NCBI GenBank assembly: GCA_040081625.1
Contig: JBEBGD010000118.1
Coordinates: 1-16,365 of the forward strand
DNA from: Chthoniobacteraceae bacterium
GTDB lineage: Bacteria; Verrucomicrobiota; Verrucomicrobiia; Chthoniobacterales; Chthoniobacteraceae
Direction of reading: 5' to 3'
DNA length: 16,365 bases
In this document: piece by piece, positions 1 to 7,695 of the stretch
How positions within the stretch are numbered: position 1 is the first letter of the stretch
How the letters are laid out: each line of letters opens with the position of its first letter
Program-made: the position numbers and the translations under genes
The notes under the pieces: generated by a model
Databases searched by the model: none
The model's input: the letters and a program-made list of their open reading frames with translations, nothing else
What the model was told of the DNA's origin: nothing

Positions 1-134
1 GCGCGGCATCCATGGGTGGCGGGCGGTGATCGGCGGGCGGCCGCTCACGACCGCCCGGCGGCGGGCGGCGATCGTCCGCGGCCGGCGGCGGACCGGAGTA
101 CTCGTTACGGGTCGTCGACGGCCGTCTCGTTTCG

Positions 135-362
135 GTGTCGTGGCGTACCGGCGACGATGTGCGCGCGCTGCACGCCAAATACACGCTGCTCGTCGCCGAG
201 GCAGAGAAGGCTGCCGACGACGCCCGCGCCGCGCACGCCGCGATCATCCTTCTCGCCGCCGAGGGCGAGAAGATCGGCGACGACACGCGCGCAACCATCG
301 TCCTCGACACCGAGCTGCGTGCCGCCCTCGTCGCCAAGGGACTGATCAAGGGCGGCCCCTGA
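135..362 (+). CDS. Head decoration/head-fibre-like protein, C-terminal part, probably 5'-truncated
   Basis: Good codon usage from about 147. It has three 21-aa repeats (GDDVRALHAKYTLLVAEAEKA / ADDARAAHAAIILLAAEGEKI / GDDTRATIVLDTELRAALVAK). The ending ELRAALVAKGLIKG resembles C-termini of small phage head-associated proteins, and a terminator and neck genes follow. The frame is closed upstream by TGA at 27-29, so the true start is uncertain. Confidence 0.55.
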   Translation: MSWRTGDDVRALHAKYTLLVAEAEKAADDARAAHAAIILLAAEGEKIGDDTRATIVLDTELRAALVAKGLIKGGP

Positions 363-406
363 TTCCTTTAGTCGCCACGGGTCTTGCGCCCCGCGGTTCT
401 GGTTGA

Positions 407-443
407 GCGCCTCGCCGGCCTGGGAACCGGCGAGGCGTTTTTT
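407..443 (+). terminator. Rho-independent terminator
   Basis: Perfect 11-bp stem CGCCTCGCCGG (408-418) / CCGGCGAGGCG (427-437), 8-nt loop, then TTTTTT (438-443). Confidence 0.9.
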
Positions 444-460
444 CATTCCGCGACCGAGGT

Positions 461-467
461 TTTGACA
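461..467 (+). promoter_or_regulatory. TTTGACA boundary motif, copy 1
   Basis: TTGACA at 462-467, just after the terminator and 14 nt before ATG 482. The motif recurs at four other gene boundaries. Confidence 0.55.
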
Positions 468-481
468 GGTCGCGACTTCGC

Positions 482-667
482 ATGACCGATCTCGACATCA
501 AGTCCCTCCTCGCGGAAGAGCAGCGGCTCGCCGATCGCATCAAGACGGTGCGCGGCGCCATCGCCAGCCTGCGCGCGCTCTGCGATCACGAGTTCGTTTC
601 CGCCGGCAACGACAGCCACTACAACTACGTGCGCTGCACGCGGTGCGGGCACGAGGAGTCGCGATGA
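482..667 (+). CDS. Small hypothetical protein, coiled coil plus putative zinc finger (CDH...CTRC)
   Basis: 61 aa with a heptad-like N-terminus and CxH-x15-CxxC. Its stop overlaps the next start (ATGA 664-667). Confidence 0.75.
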   Translation: MTDLDIKSLLAEEQRLADRIKTVRGAIASLRALCDHEFVSAGNDSHYNYVRCTRCGHEESR

Positions 668-996
668 TCTCGCAGACTCAGCTCGCCGCCGTCCGCGGAA
701 CTGCGCACCGCGCGCTCGCCGAAGTCTTCGCGACCACGATCGCGATCGGGCAGCACGTCGAGATTCCCGCGGCGCGATGGCAGGCGATCAAAGCCGGCCG
801 CAATGAGCCCGATGGGCTGATCCTGCCGACAGCTGACATCGTCGTGCGCGTCGCACGCGACGAGCTGAGCCAGCGCAATATCACGCTCGTGCCGGATCAG
901 ACGAAGTTCGTCGAAGGCGGCGTCACCTACTTGCTCTCGCGCATCCGCGACGCGAAGGGCGACCCCGGCATCGTGCTCGAAGGCAGGACGGCATGA
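664..996 (+). CDS. Putative head-closure / head-tail joining protein
   Basis: 110 aa from ATG 664, with ATGA overlaps at both ends. Size, position and the C-terminal strand pattern (FVEGGVTYLLSRIRD...IVLEGR) fit lambda gpFII / SPP1 gp16-type proteins. Function is inferred. Confidence 0.6.
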   Translation: MISQTQLAAVRGTAHRALAEVFATTIAIGQHVEIPAARWQAIKAGRNEPDGLILPTADIVVRVARDELSQRNITLVPDQTKFVEGGVTYLLSRIRDAKGDPGIVLEGRTA

Positions 997-1475
997 GCGC
1001 GCTCAACGACCGGCTGCTCATCGACGAACTCGCGGCGATTCTCCGGCTCGATTCGCGCGTCGCCGCGCTCATCCCGCACCTTCACGTGGCGGGGAGCGGT
1101 GAAGTCACCGCGCGCCCCTCGCTCGTGCTCGCCGGCTCGTTCAAGACCTACCGCGTTACGCACCGCATGGGCGTGGTCGTCTTCACGCTTCGCTCGCGCG
1201 TGTGCGACGAGGAAGCCGCGGCCGTCAACGTCGTCGGGCATCAGGCGCAGTTCGATGCGCTGCACGAAAAGCTGCTCGGCGGCAAAGGCGTCACGACCGC
1301 CGCGACGCTCGCCGCGCGCGAAGCCGCGAAGGCCGCGCTCAAGCTCGAACTGCTCAATCGCGGCAAGGTTTCGCTCATCGACTACGGTCTCGCGCCCGAG
1401 GGCGTGCGCCAGCTCGATGCCACCGAAGACCTACGCAGCACGCTCTCGCTCGCCGTCTGCTGGGCGTTCGTTTGA
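993..1475 (+). CDS. Putative tail terminator / tail completion protein
   Basis: 160 aa. N-terminal helix (ELAAILRLDSRVAALI), RPSLVL strand and terminal strand pattern, plus position before the tube gene, resemble the lambda gpU / SPP1 gp17 class. Confidence 0.6.
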   Translation: MSALNDRLLIDELAAILRLDSRVAALIPHLHVAGSGEVTARPSLVLAGSFKTYRVTHRMGVVVFTLRSRVCDEEAAAVNVVGHQAQFDALHEKLLGGKGVTTAATLAAREAAKAALKLELLNRGKVSLIDYGLAPEGVRQLDATEDLRSTLSLAVCWAFV

Positions 1476-1477
1476 CA
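1471..1477 (+). promoter_or_regulatory. TTTGACA boundary motif, copy 2
   Basis: Contains the TGA stop (1473-1475) of the upstream gene and lies 16 nt before ATG 1494. Confidence 0.55.
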
Positions 1478-1493
1478 GGCTCGCCCGCTCGTC

Positions 1494-1898
1494 ATGACCA
1501 TCACTCATCGATTCACTCGCGGCTGGACTCCGGGCAGCGGCCTCGGCTTTTCCCGCACGACGGAAAAGACTGCCGACGGCGAAAACAACCGCATCGTGCC
1601 GGTCGCCGCCGGCGTGCAAAACAAGGCGGTCGCACTCACCATCGATGTCTCGCAGCTCAAAGGCCTCGCGCTCCTGAGCGACAAGGCCGTGAAGATCGAG
1701 ACGAACAGCTCCAGCGTGCCGGCCAACATCTTCAACCTCGCCGCCGGCGTGCCCGTCATCTGGTTCGATGGCGATCCCGCCCTGCTCGACACCGAAGGCG
1801 GAGCGGTCACCACCGACGTGACTCAAATCTTCATCACCAACGACGGCGATGAAGACGCCGAGGTCCAGATCGGCGTGCTCGTCGATGCCACCGTCTAA
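1494..1898 (+). CDS. Hypothetical beta-rich protein, probably virion-associated
   Basis: 134 aa, strong codon bias, Thr/Val/Asp-rich alternating strand pattern, located in the structural cluster. Confidence 0.75.
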   Translation: MTITHRFTRGWTPGSGLGFSRTTEKTADGENNRIVPVAAGVQNKAVALTIDVSQLKGLALLSDKAVKIETNSSSVPANIFNLAAGVPVIWFDGDPALLDTEGGAVTTDVTQIFITNDGDEDAEVQIGVLVDATV

Positions 1899-1931
1899 TT
1901 TCCGACCAACCTCCAACCGCTCCAAATCATC

Positions 1932-2273
1932 ATGGCCGCAGACGATCCTAAATTCGGTGTGAAGCGCTTCCCGGGCGTCTTCATCGACGAAGTGCAGACC
2001 AAGGAAAAGATCAAGGTCGCCGAGCGCGCGAACCGCGTCGGGGTGACCAAGCGCGTCTTTCCCTACGATCCGATGACCGATGTCTCGATCAAGGGTGGCG
2101 GCGAACCGCCCCTCGCCCTCGGCTACGTCGCGAGCCCGAATGTCACCGGTCTCACCGGCGGCGTCTTCATCGTGAAGGAACGCACGGCCACCGACAAGAA
2201 CGAGGGCTTCGACGACTTCGAGATGAGCGCCACGCACTATCCCGACGGCGAAATCGGCACCGTCGCCGCGTAG
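1932..2273 (+). CDS. Putative tail tube (major tail) protein, very short
   Basis: 113 aa, beta-rich. It has a hairpin-like segment (KIKVAERANRVGVTKRVF) and a C-terminal strand pair (FIVKERTATDKNEGFDDFEMSATHY) typical of tube folds, and lies upstream of the chaperone and TMP genes. Confidence 0.6.
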   Translation: MAADDPKFGVKRFPGVFIDEVQTKEKIKVAERANRVGVTKRVFPYDPMTDVSIKGGGEPPLALGYVASPNVTGLTGGVFIVKERTATDKNEGFDDFEMSATHYPDGEIGTVAA

Positions 2274-2287
2274 GCGGTCATCGCGCC

Positions 2288-2734
2288 GTGAGCGACTCGT
2301 ATCAGGCGGTGCCGGTCAGCGGTGAAGGCGATCCCGCCGTCGCGAAGCATCTGCCGCTCGTGCTCGCGCTCTTCACGCTCGGCGTCGAGGTGCTCGAGCG
2401 CGCGGGCTTCGTCGAGACGGTCGAAGTCATCGAGGGCGCGCCGGTGCGAAAGCATGCGTGGCTGCTCAAGGCGCGCAGCCGCGATGGCAGGCACGAGACC
2501 GCCAAGCTCATCGAGGCATGGCTCGACCCGGAGCGCAAATGGTTCAAGCGCAATCCGGAGCACCCCTTCACCTACCTCGAGGCGAATCACCGCCAGCGCG
2601 AGCACGCGCTCGCCGAACTCGCGAAGTCCGTCCCGCTCGGCGTCGTTCGCAAGGGCGATCGCGTGGTGATGATCCCGATGGATGCCACGCCCGATGAGGA
2701 AGCCGCGCTGCTCGCGAAACTCGACGCCGCATGA
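2288..2734 (+). CDS. Hypothetical protein
   Basis: 148 aa from GTG 2288, normal codon usage, ATGA overlap with the next gene. No function recognised. Confidence 0.75.
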   Translation: MSDSYQAVPVSGEGDPAVAKHLPLVLALFTLGVEVLERAGFVETVEVIEGAPVRKHAWLLKARSRDGRHETAKLIEAWLDPERKWFKRNPEHPFTYLEANHRQREHALAELAKSVPLGVVRKGDRVVMIPMDATPDEEAALLAKLDAA

Positions 2735-3183
2735 GCGCGCCCGACATGAATCCACAGCAGCGCCTCTTCGCCAGCCTCACCGCCTTCCTCAAGCCGGTCA
2801 CCGAGTCCGCAGGCCTCACGCTTCGCCCGTTCAGCATCAACTTCTTTTCGATGACGCGCCTCGCCGGCCTCCACATCGGCAGCAAGGCATTCGCGGAGCT
2901 GAGCGACGAGCAGCGCGAGCAGGAGCTCGCCGCCGTCCTCGTCATGCTCACCACCCCGGACGATGCGGCGCTCGGCAAGGCCCTGCGCGAGGCAAAGGGC
3001 GACTTCGATACGTTCTATTGGGACTTCGTCTTCGCCCGCGCCCGCAACATCAGCGCCGAGGGCCTCGCCGCCGCCGACGAAGTGCTCTCCACCGAGCTGC
3101 CCGCCATCGAGGCCGCGCAGGTCGAGACGCGCACGCCTCCGGAGCTGAAGTCCGCCGGGAGCAAGCCGCCCCCAAACTCCTAG
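2731..3183 (+). CDS. Tail assembly chaperone (gpG-like)
   Basis: 150 aa, acidic and helical, between the tube and TMP genes. It ends in a slippery site (KPPPNS*). Confidence 0.8.
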   Translation: MSAPDMNPQQRLFASLTAFLKPVTESAGLTLRPFSINFFSMTRLAGLHIGSKAFAELSDEQREQELAAVLVMLTTPDDAALGKALREAKGDFDTFYWDFVFARARNISAEGLAAADEVLSTELPAIEAAQVETRTPPELKSAGSKPPPNS

Positions 3184-3220
3184 AGCCGGCGTGGGTGGCG
3201 AGCTTCGTCATCACGCTGGC
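3171..3220 (+). promoter_or_regulatory. Programmed -1 ribosomal frameshift signal
   Basis: In-frame X XXY YYZ heptamer C CCA AAC (3171-3177), 7-nt spacer, then a stem-loop of about 16 bp (3185-3201 pairing with 3205-3220, three G-U pairs and one bulge). Confidence 0.85.
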
Positions 3221-3473
3221 GCGCGAGACCGGCTGGAGCGAGGACTTCATCCTCAACGTGCTGCCCATGTCGCGCGCGCTCCAATACCGCCACTGCATCC
3301 TCCGCGCCGCGGGCTATTGGACGGTGCCGCCGAGCGGCGCCCCCGATGAGCAGATGACCAGGCTGCGCGCCGCCCGTCTCCCAGTCTCCCAGTCCCTCAG
3401 TCTCCCGGTCATTCCACCGCCGCCGATCGTCGAGGCGTGGGCCGCGCGTTTGAAACGGATCGCTTCACGATGA
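3171..3473 (+). CDS. Tail assembly chaperone frameshift extension (gpT-like); G-T fusion about 247 aa
   Basis: The -1 frame is open from the slippery site (PKLLEPAWVASFVITLARETGWSEDFILNVLPMSRALQY...). The LA..TGWS...I...P motif is typical of gpT-like extensions, and the stop overlaps the next ATG. Confidence 0.8.
   Translation, partial: PKLLEPAWVASFVITLARETGWSEDFILNVLPMSRALQYRHCILRAAGYWTVPPSGAPDEQMTRLRAARLPVSQSLSLPVIPPPPIVEAWAARLKRIASR
3373..3412 (+). repeat. Imperfect 8-bp tandem repeat, 5 units
   Basis: CCCGTCTC CCAGTCTC CCAGTCCC TCAGTCTC CCGGTCAT. Confidence 0.8.
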
Positions 3474-4036
3474 GGATTCGCGTGAAGATCGATACCAGCA
3501 ACTTCCTGCGCAAAAAGCGCCGCTTCGACCGCGCCCTCGCGCAGGAAGCCGGAGTCGCCTGCCGCCAGCTCGCCGAGGATGCGCTCGAACAGCGCTACAC
3601 TTACAAGGGCCGCATCGACATCGAAGGCGGCGCATACTCCCGCATCCAAGGCCTCAACGCCGTCTTCGTCCCCGTCACCCTCAAGCATCAGCGCCGCGAG
3701 ATGTGGCCCAACCTGCGCCCGATCTACGATGCCCGCGTCCGCCGCGGCCAGCGCACGTATCAGGGCCGGGAGTTCTTCTGGGTCGATGAAAACAAGCTCG
3801 CCGCGCTACGGCAGGAATTGCTCGCCCGCGGCGCGCGCAAGCTCTCCGCCGGCACGTGGACGATCGATGTCACCCAGTCCTACCACTCGCTCCGCGTGAC
3901 CATCCGCAAGCGCGGCAAGTTCGCCCGCGGCGACCGCGAGACCGTCGAAGACATCAAGGCGCACATCCGCGCGCACTTCGCCGAGGTCGCCACCAGCGTC
4001 CTGCGCTACGCGCTGCGCGAAGCCGGCTGGGAATAG
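3470..4036 (+). CDS. Basic protein, putative neck/tail-completion (HK97 gp10-like)
   Basis: 188 aa from ATG 3470 (ATGA overlap), Arg/Lys-rich. The opening strand plus long helix (MRIRVKIDTSNFLRKKRRFDRAL) and the C-terminal helix resemble HK97 gp10 / lambda gpZ-type proteins. Function is inferred. Confidence 0.55.
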   Translation: MRIRVKIDTSNFLRKKRRFDRALAQEAGVACRQLAEDALEQRYTYKGRIDIEGGAYSRIQGLNAVFVPVTLKHQRREMWPNLRPIYDARVRRGQRTYQGREFFWVDENKLAALRQELLARGARKLSAGTWTIDVTQSYHSLRVTIRKRGKFARGDRETVEDIKAHIRAHFAEVATSVLRYALREAGWE

Positions 4037-4053
4037 AGCGCGGCAACCTCCGC

Positions 4054-4060
4054 TTTGACA
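4054..4060 (+). promoter_or_regulatory. TTTGACA boundary motif, copy 3
   Basis: In the 100-nt intergenic region before the TMP gene, flanked by the inverted repeat GCGCGGC (4038-4044) / GCCGCGC (4061-4067). Confidence 0.55.
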
Positions 4061-4089
4061 GCCGCGCCGTTCGTTCTGGGGGGAACTCG

Positions 4090-4123
4090 GCGGCGCGGGC
4101 TTGCGCGCCCGCGCCGCTTTCCT
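4090..4123 (+). terminator. Strong hairpin with weak U-tract upstream of TMP (possible terminator/attenuator)
   Basis: Perfect 11-bp stem GCGGCGCGGGC (4090-4100) / GCCCGCGCCGC (4107-4117), followed by TTTCCT. Confidence 0.5.
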
Positions 4124-4136
4124 CCGGTCCTCGCCC

Positions 4137-6296
4137 ATGCCCGACGCCGACGCCTCTGCCTCATTCGACCTCGACGACGACTCGCTCAGCGCGGGTCTGG
4201 ATTCGATCGCGGAGAAATTCGGCGTCATCGCCGCGCAGATCAACGCGCAGTTCGCCGGCGCGAATGCGCAGCTCGCCTCCACGGCCACCTCCGCTGCCAG
4301 CGTCGGCGCGCAGGCTCCGCTCGTCGCCCGCCTCGGCAGCGGGCTCGCCCTCGCCGCGCAGGCCGCGCGCACCTTCACCACTGGCCTCAGCGGCATCGTC
4401 GTCGCCGCCGCGCGCATCGCGCCGTGGGTCAAATACATCCCCGACTCGCTCGGGAAATGGGTGCCCGCCATCAAGCCCGCCGCCTCCGCCTTCAATCACG
4501 TCGCCGCGCAGATCGGCACCGTGGTGAAGAGCGCGCAGGCGCTCAGCGGTCGCCTCACCGTGCTCAACGCCGGCTTCATGGCGCTCAACCTGCGCGAGAT
4601 CGGCGCGAGCCGCAGCATGGCCGTCCTCGGCGCCGCCGGTGCGCTCGCCACCTCGAAGATCGTCGCCGGCGCGCGGGCTGCGGTCGGCGCAGTCGGCGCG
4701 CTCGGCATGGCCGCGGGCCGCGCCACCCGCAGCGCGCTCGGCGGCATCGGCGGGGCGATGGGCGGCATTGGCCGCTCGCTCGGCACCGCCTCCATGTTCC
4801 TCGCGCCGATGGCCGGCATGGCGCTCATGCTCGGCCCCGTCGGCGTCGCCGCCGCCTCCACCGCGGGCGCCTTCGCCGGGCTCGGCAAATCCATCTCCGC
4901 CGCCGCGCAGATGCAGACCTTCTCGACGACGATGAGCACGCTGCTCGGCAGCACCGCGGCTGCTCAAAAGCGCATGGCGGAGCTGAACACCTTCGCTGCC
5001 GAGACGCCGTTCGACCTGCCCGGCGTCGTGCAGGCCAGCAAGGTGTTGCAGAGCCTCACTGCCGGCGCGCTCGCCACCGGCGAGGGTCTGCGGCTCGTCG
5101 GCGACATCGCCAGCGCCAGCGGTCAGCCTTTCGAGGACATCGCCGTCCACGTCGGCCGCATGTATGACGGCCTGATGAATGGCCGCCCCGTCGGCGAAGC
5201 CATGCAGCGGCTCCAGCAGCTCGGCATCGTCACCTCCGCCACGCGCAGCAAGCTCGAGGCGCTCCAGCAGTCCGGCGGCAAGGGCGCCGCCGTGTGGACC
5301 GTCGCCGCGCGCGACCTCACGCGCTTCTCCGGCGAGATGGCCCGGCAGAGCGGCACTTGGGGCGGCATCATGTCCAACTTCTCCGACGGCGTGGGCCGCG
5401 TCTTCCAGGCCATCGGCGCGCCGCTCATCACCGCGCTCACCCCCTTCATGCAGCGCATGAATGCGTGGCTCGGCACGCTCATCCCGTGGGCGGAGAAATT
5501 CGGCAGCATCGTCGCCGGCTGGGCCGCGCTCATCGCGCAGGTCTTCGCCGATGGGAAGATGGGCGAAGTCCTCGGCCTCTCGCTGAAGATCGGTTTCGCC
5601 GCCGCCGTCAACTTCCTCCTCAAGAGCCTCGTCGGCACGGGCGACGCGCTCATCGCCCTGCTCTCCTCAGCCTCCGCGTGGAAGGGCGTCGGCAACGCAC
5701 TCAGCGCCGTCTTCGATGGCGTCATCGCCGCGCTCATGGAAGGCGCCGCCCGCGTGCTCGACAAGCTCTCCGACGTGCCGTGGATCGGCGGCAAGGCCAC
5801 CGCCGGTGCCGCCGGACTGCGCGCCGGCGCGGAAGCCCTCGGACAGCGCGCGTCGGAGACCGGCGGTCGCGCGATGGATCAGCTCTCCGCCGCGCTCGGC
5901 GAATCCCGCGCCGCCTTCATCGAGGGTTTCGGCAGCATCGGCGACGTGATGGATTCGAGCGCCGACAAGTCGAAGCTCCTCGGCATCCTCGGCACCGAAT
6001 GGGCCGCCGCGCAAAAGGGCATGGCCGACACCGCGAAGGCCGCGGAGAAAGGCGGGCTCCCCGCCGCCGCCGTCGCGTCGGCACTCGACGAGGACGGCAA
6101 GAAGAAAGGCAAGGAGGATGTCGCGAGCCTCCAGCGCATCGCGGGCGGCGGCGGCATCGTCTCCGGTCGCGACCCGCTGCTCGGCATCGCCAACAAGCAG
6201 CTCGACGCCGCCGGCCAGACCAACAGGAAGCTCGACGCCATCCACACCGCCCTCACCTCGCGCCGCATCGGCGGCGGCGTCCCCGTCTTCGGATGA
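4137..6296 (+). CDS. Tail tape measure protein
   Basis: 719 aa from ATG 4137 (the TTG at 4101 lies in a hairpin loop). It is Ala/Gly-rich and helical, with a classic tape-measure segment (STLLGSTAAAQKRMAELNTFAAETPFDLPGVVQA) and follows the G/GT chaperone. Confidence 0.93.
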   Translation: MPDADASASFDLDDDSLSAGLDSIAEKFGVIAAQINAQFAGANAQLASTATSAASVGAQAPLVARLGSGLALAAQAARTFTTGLSGIVVAAARIAPWVKYIPDSLGKWVPAIKPAASAFNHVAAQIGTVVKSAQALSGRLTVLNAGFMALNLREIGASRSMAVLGAAGALATSKIVAGARAAVGAVGALGMAAGRATRSALGGIGGAMGGIGRSLGTASMFLAPMAGMALMLGPVGVAAASTAGAFAGLGKSISAAAQMQTFSTTMSTLLGSTAAAQKRMAELNTFAAETPFDLPGVVQASKVLQSLTAGALATGEGLRLVGDIASASGQPFEDIAVHVGRMYDGLMNGRPVGEAMQRLQQLGIVTSATRSKLEALQQSGGKGAAVWTVAARDLTRFSGEMARQSGTWGGIMSNFSDGVGRVFQAIGAPLITALTPFMQRMNAWLGTLIPWAEKFGSIVAGWAALIAQVFADGKMGEVLGLSLKIGFAAAVNFLLKSLVGTGDALIALLSSASAWKGVGNALSAVFDGVIAALMEGAARVLDKLSDVPWIGGKATAGAAGLRAGAEALGQRASETGGRAMDQLSAALGESRAAFIEGFGSIGDVMDSSADKSKLLGILGTEWAAAQKGMADTAKAAEKGGLPAAAVASALDEDGKKKGKEDVASLQRIAGGGGIVSGRDPLLGIANKQLDAAGQTNRKLDAIHTALTSRRIGGGVPVFG

Positions 6297-7066
6297 GCAC
6301 CACCGTCCCCATGCGCCTCAACGGCGGCCAGCACGGCGGCAGCTTCCGCAAGTCGAAGACCGGCGCCATCGTCCACACCGTCCCGTGGGAAGTCTATTCG
6401 CTGGAGGACTGTGAATCCTTCATCCCTTCGCCCCCCCCGCTCGGCTTGCCGATCACCGATCGCAATGCCAGCGAATCGGAGACCGGTTCGTGGATTCTGA
6501 TGCTCACCTACGAAGGTCTCGTCGGCGAGGGCACCACCGATCCCGATGACGACGCCAACGCGCTCGATCTGGAGCTCGACGGCTCGATGTCTCAGGACAC
6601 GCTAAAGAGCAATCCGAACTGGAAGAAGATCGCCGCCAAGTTCGGCTGGAACTCCACCGCGGAGGAATTCCCAGAGGACATGCCGAAGTCCGGCAGCGGC
6701 ACGCCAGCGCGCAACCTTCTGCATGGCTCGGATAGCTATCTCGCCGTCGGCGCCATCTTCCGGTGTTCCTTTGTCTCCCGCACCGTCCCGGATTCCGTGC
6801 TCGCGAAGGTGGGGGAGATTTTCGCCATTCCTCCGCAGTTCAATCATCTCGGCATCCGCCAGATCGCGGGTCGCAACTGGCTCAAGCTCACCCCCAAGAT
6901 CGATCGCCGCGGCAACGCCGCGCACGTCACGCTCGAATACATGATGAGCGGCCCGAATGGATGGGTGCGCGACGTGTATAACTTCTCACAGCTTCGCACC
7001 ACCGGCAGCGGCGATGCTGCAGGCAGCGGTCTGCACAGCGGCAGCTTGAGCACGGGCGGATTGTGA
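6293..7066 (+). CDS. Putative distal tail / tail-tip hub protein
   Basis: 257 aa from ATG 6293 (ATGA overlap with the TMP stop). The longer 5294 start is a shadow frame. It is beta-rich, and the function is inferred from its post-TMP position. Confidence 0.65.
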   Translation: MSTTVPMRLNGGQHGGSFRKSKTGAIVHTVPWEVYSLEDCESFIPSPPPLGLPITDRNASESETGSWILMLTYEGLVGEGTTDPDDDANALDLELDGSMSQDTLKSNPNWKKIAAKFGWNSTAEEFPEDMPKSGSGTPARNLLHGSDSYLAVGAIFRCSFVSRTVPDSVLAKVGEIFAIPPQFNHLGIRQIAGRNWLKLTPKIDRRGNAAHVTLEYMMSGPNGWVRDVYNFSQLRTTGSGDAAGSGLHSGSLSTGGL

Positions 7067-7695
7067 ACGGCCCCTCTTTTCCAGAGGCCCGCGCCGGCAT
7101 GGAAGTCACGCGCGAACTGTGGGGCAAGGCCCGCGCCGCCGTCCGCGCCTGCCGGCTGCTCGCCGGCCGCGGCATCCGGCTTCGCTGGACGCCCGACGGC
7201 ACCGTCATCGTCGCCGATGCTACACCGCCGGACTGGAACCATCCCTTCCGCGTCGGACTGCAAGGTGCCACCCGCGCGCAGATCGTGCCCGGCACCGTCA
7301 GCGGCCGGCCCGTCTTCATCGACAGCATCGCCCTCGACGACGATCCGCCGCCCGTGCTCGAATGGAGCAAGCTGTCGCTCGACGAGGAAGGCCGCGGCTT
7401 CATCGCCATCGAACTCGCCTGCGACGACCGCTGGCAGCTCGTGCCCGCGACGCTCACCCTCGTGCAGGTCGCCGATTGGGGCACCGAAGACGGGTCGCCC
7501 CGCCGCGCGGGCACGCCCTTCATCGAAGGCGCGCCCAGCCTCTCCGCGCGCCGCACCCGCTGGCCCATCGCCATGCTTCGCCAGCGCACGCGCACCAGCG
7601 TCGTCGTCGCGCACCAGATCGTCCACGCGCCGCTCACCCACTACGCGCAGCCCATCGCGGAGCTGAAGGACGCCGCCCGCCACTTCTTCTCGTGA
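7063..7695 (+). CDS. Putative tail-tip protein, paralogue A
   Basis: 210 aa with GTGA overlaps at both ends. The N-terminal region is similar to that of the next gene. Confidence 0.75.
   Translation: MNGPSFPEARAGMEVTRELWGKARAAVRACRLLAGRGIRLRWTPDGTVIVADATPPDWNHPFRVGLQGATRAQIVPGTVSGRPVFIDSIALDDDPPPVLEWSKLSLDEEGRGFIAIELACDDRWQLVPATLTLVQVADWGTEDGSPRRAGTPFIEGAPSLSARRTRWPIAMLRQRTRTSVVVAHQIVHAPLTHYAQPIAELKDAARHFFS

Noticed and set aside
6431..6438. C8 homopolymer as a phase-variation tract
   Set aside because: It is short and in frame, encodes part of a Pro run in GC-rich DNA, and shows no evidence of variation.
1494..7066. Contractile injection system or R-type tailocin
   Set aside because: No sheath, baseplate wedge or spike genes were recognised.
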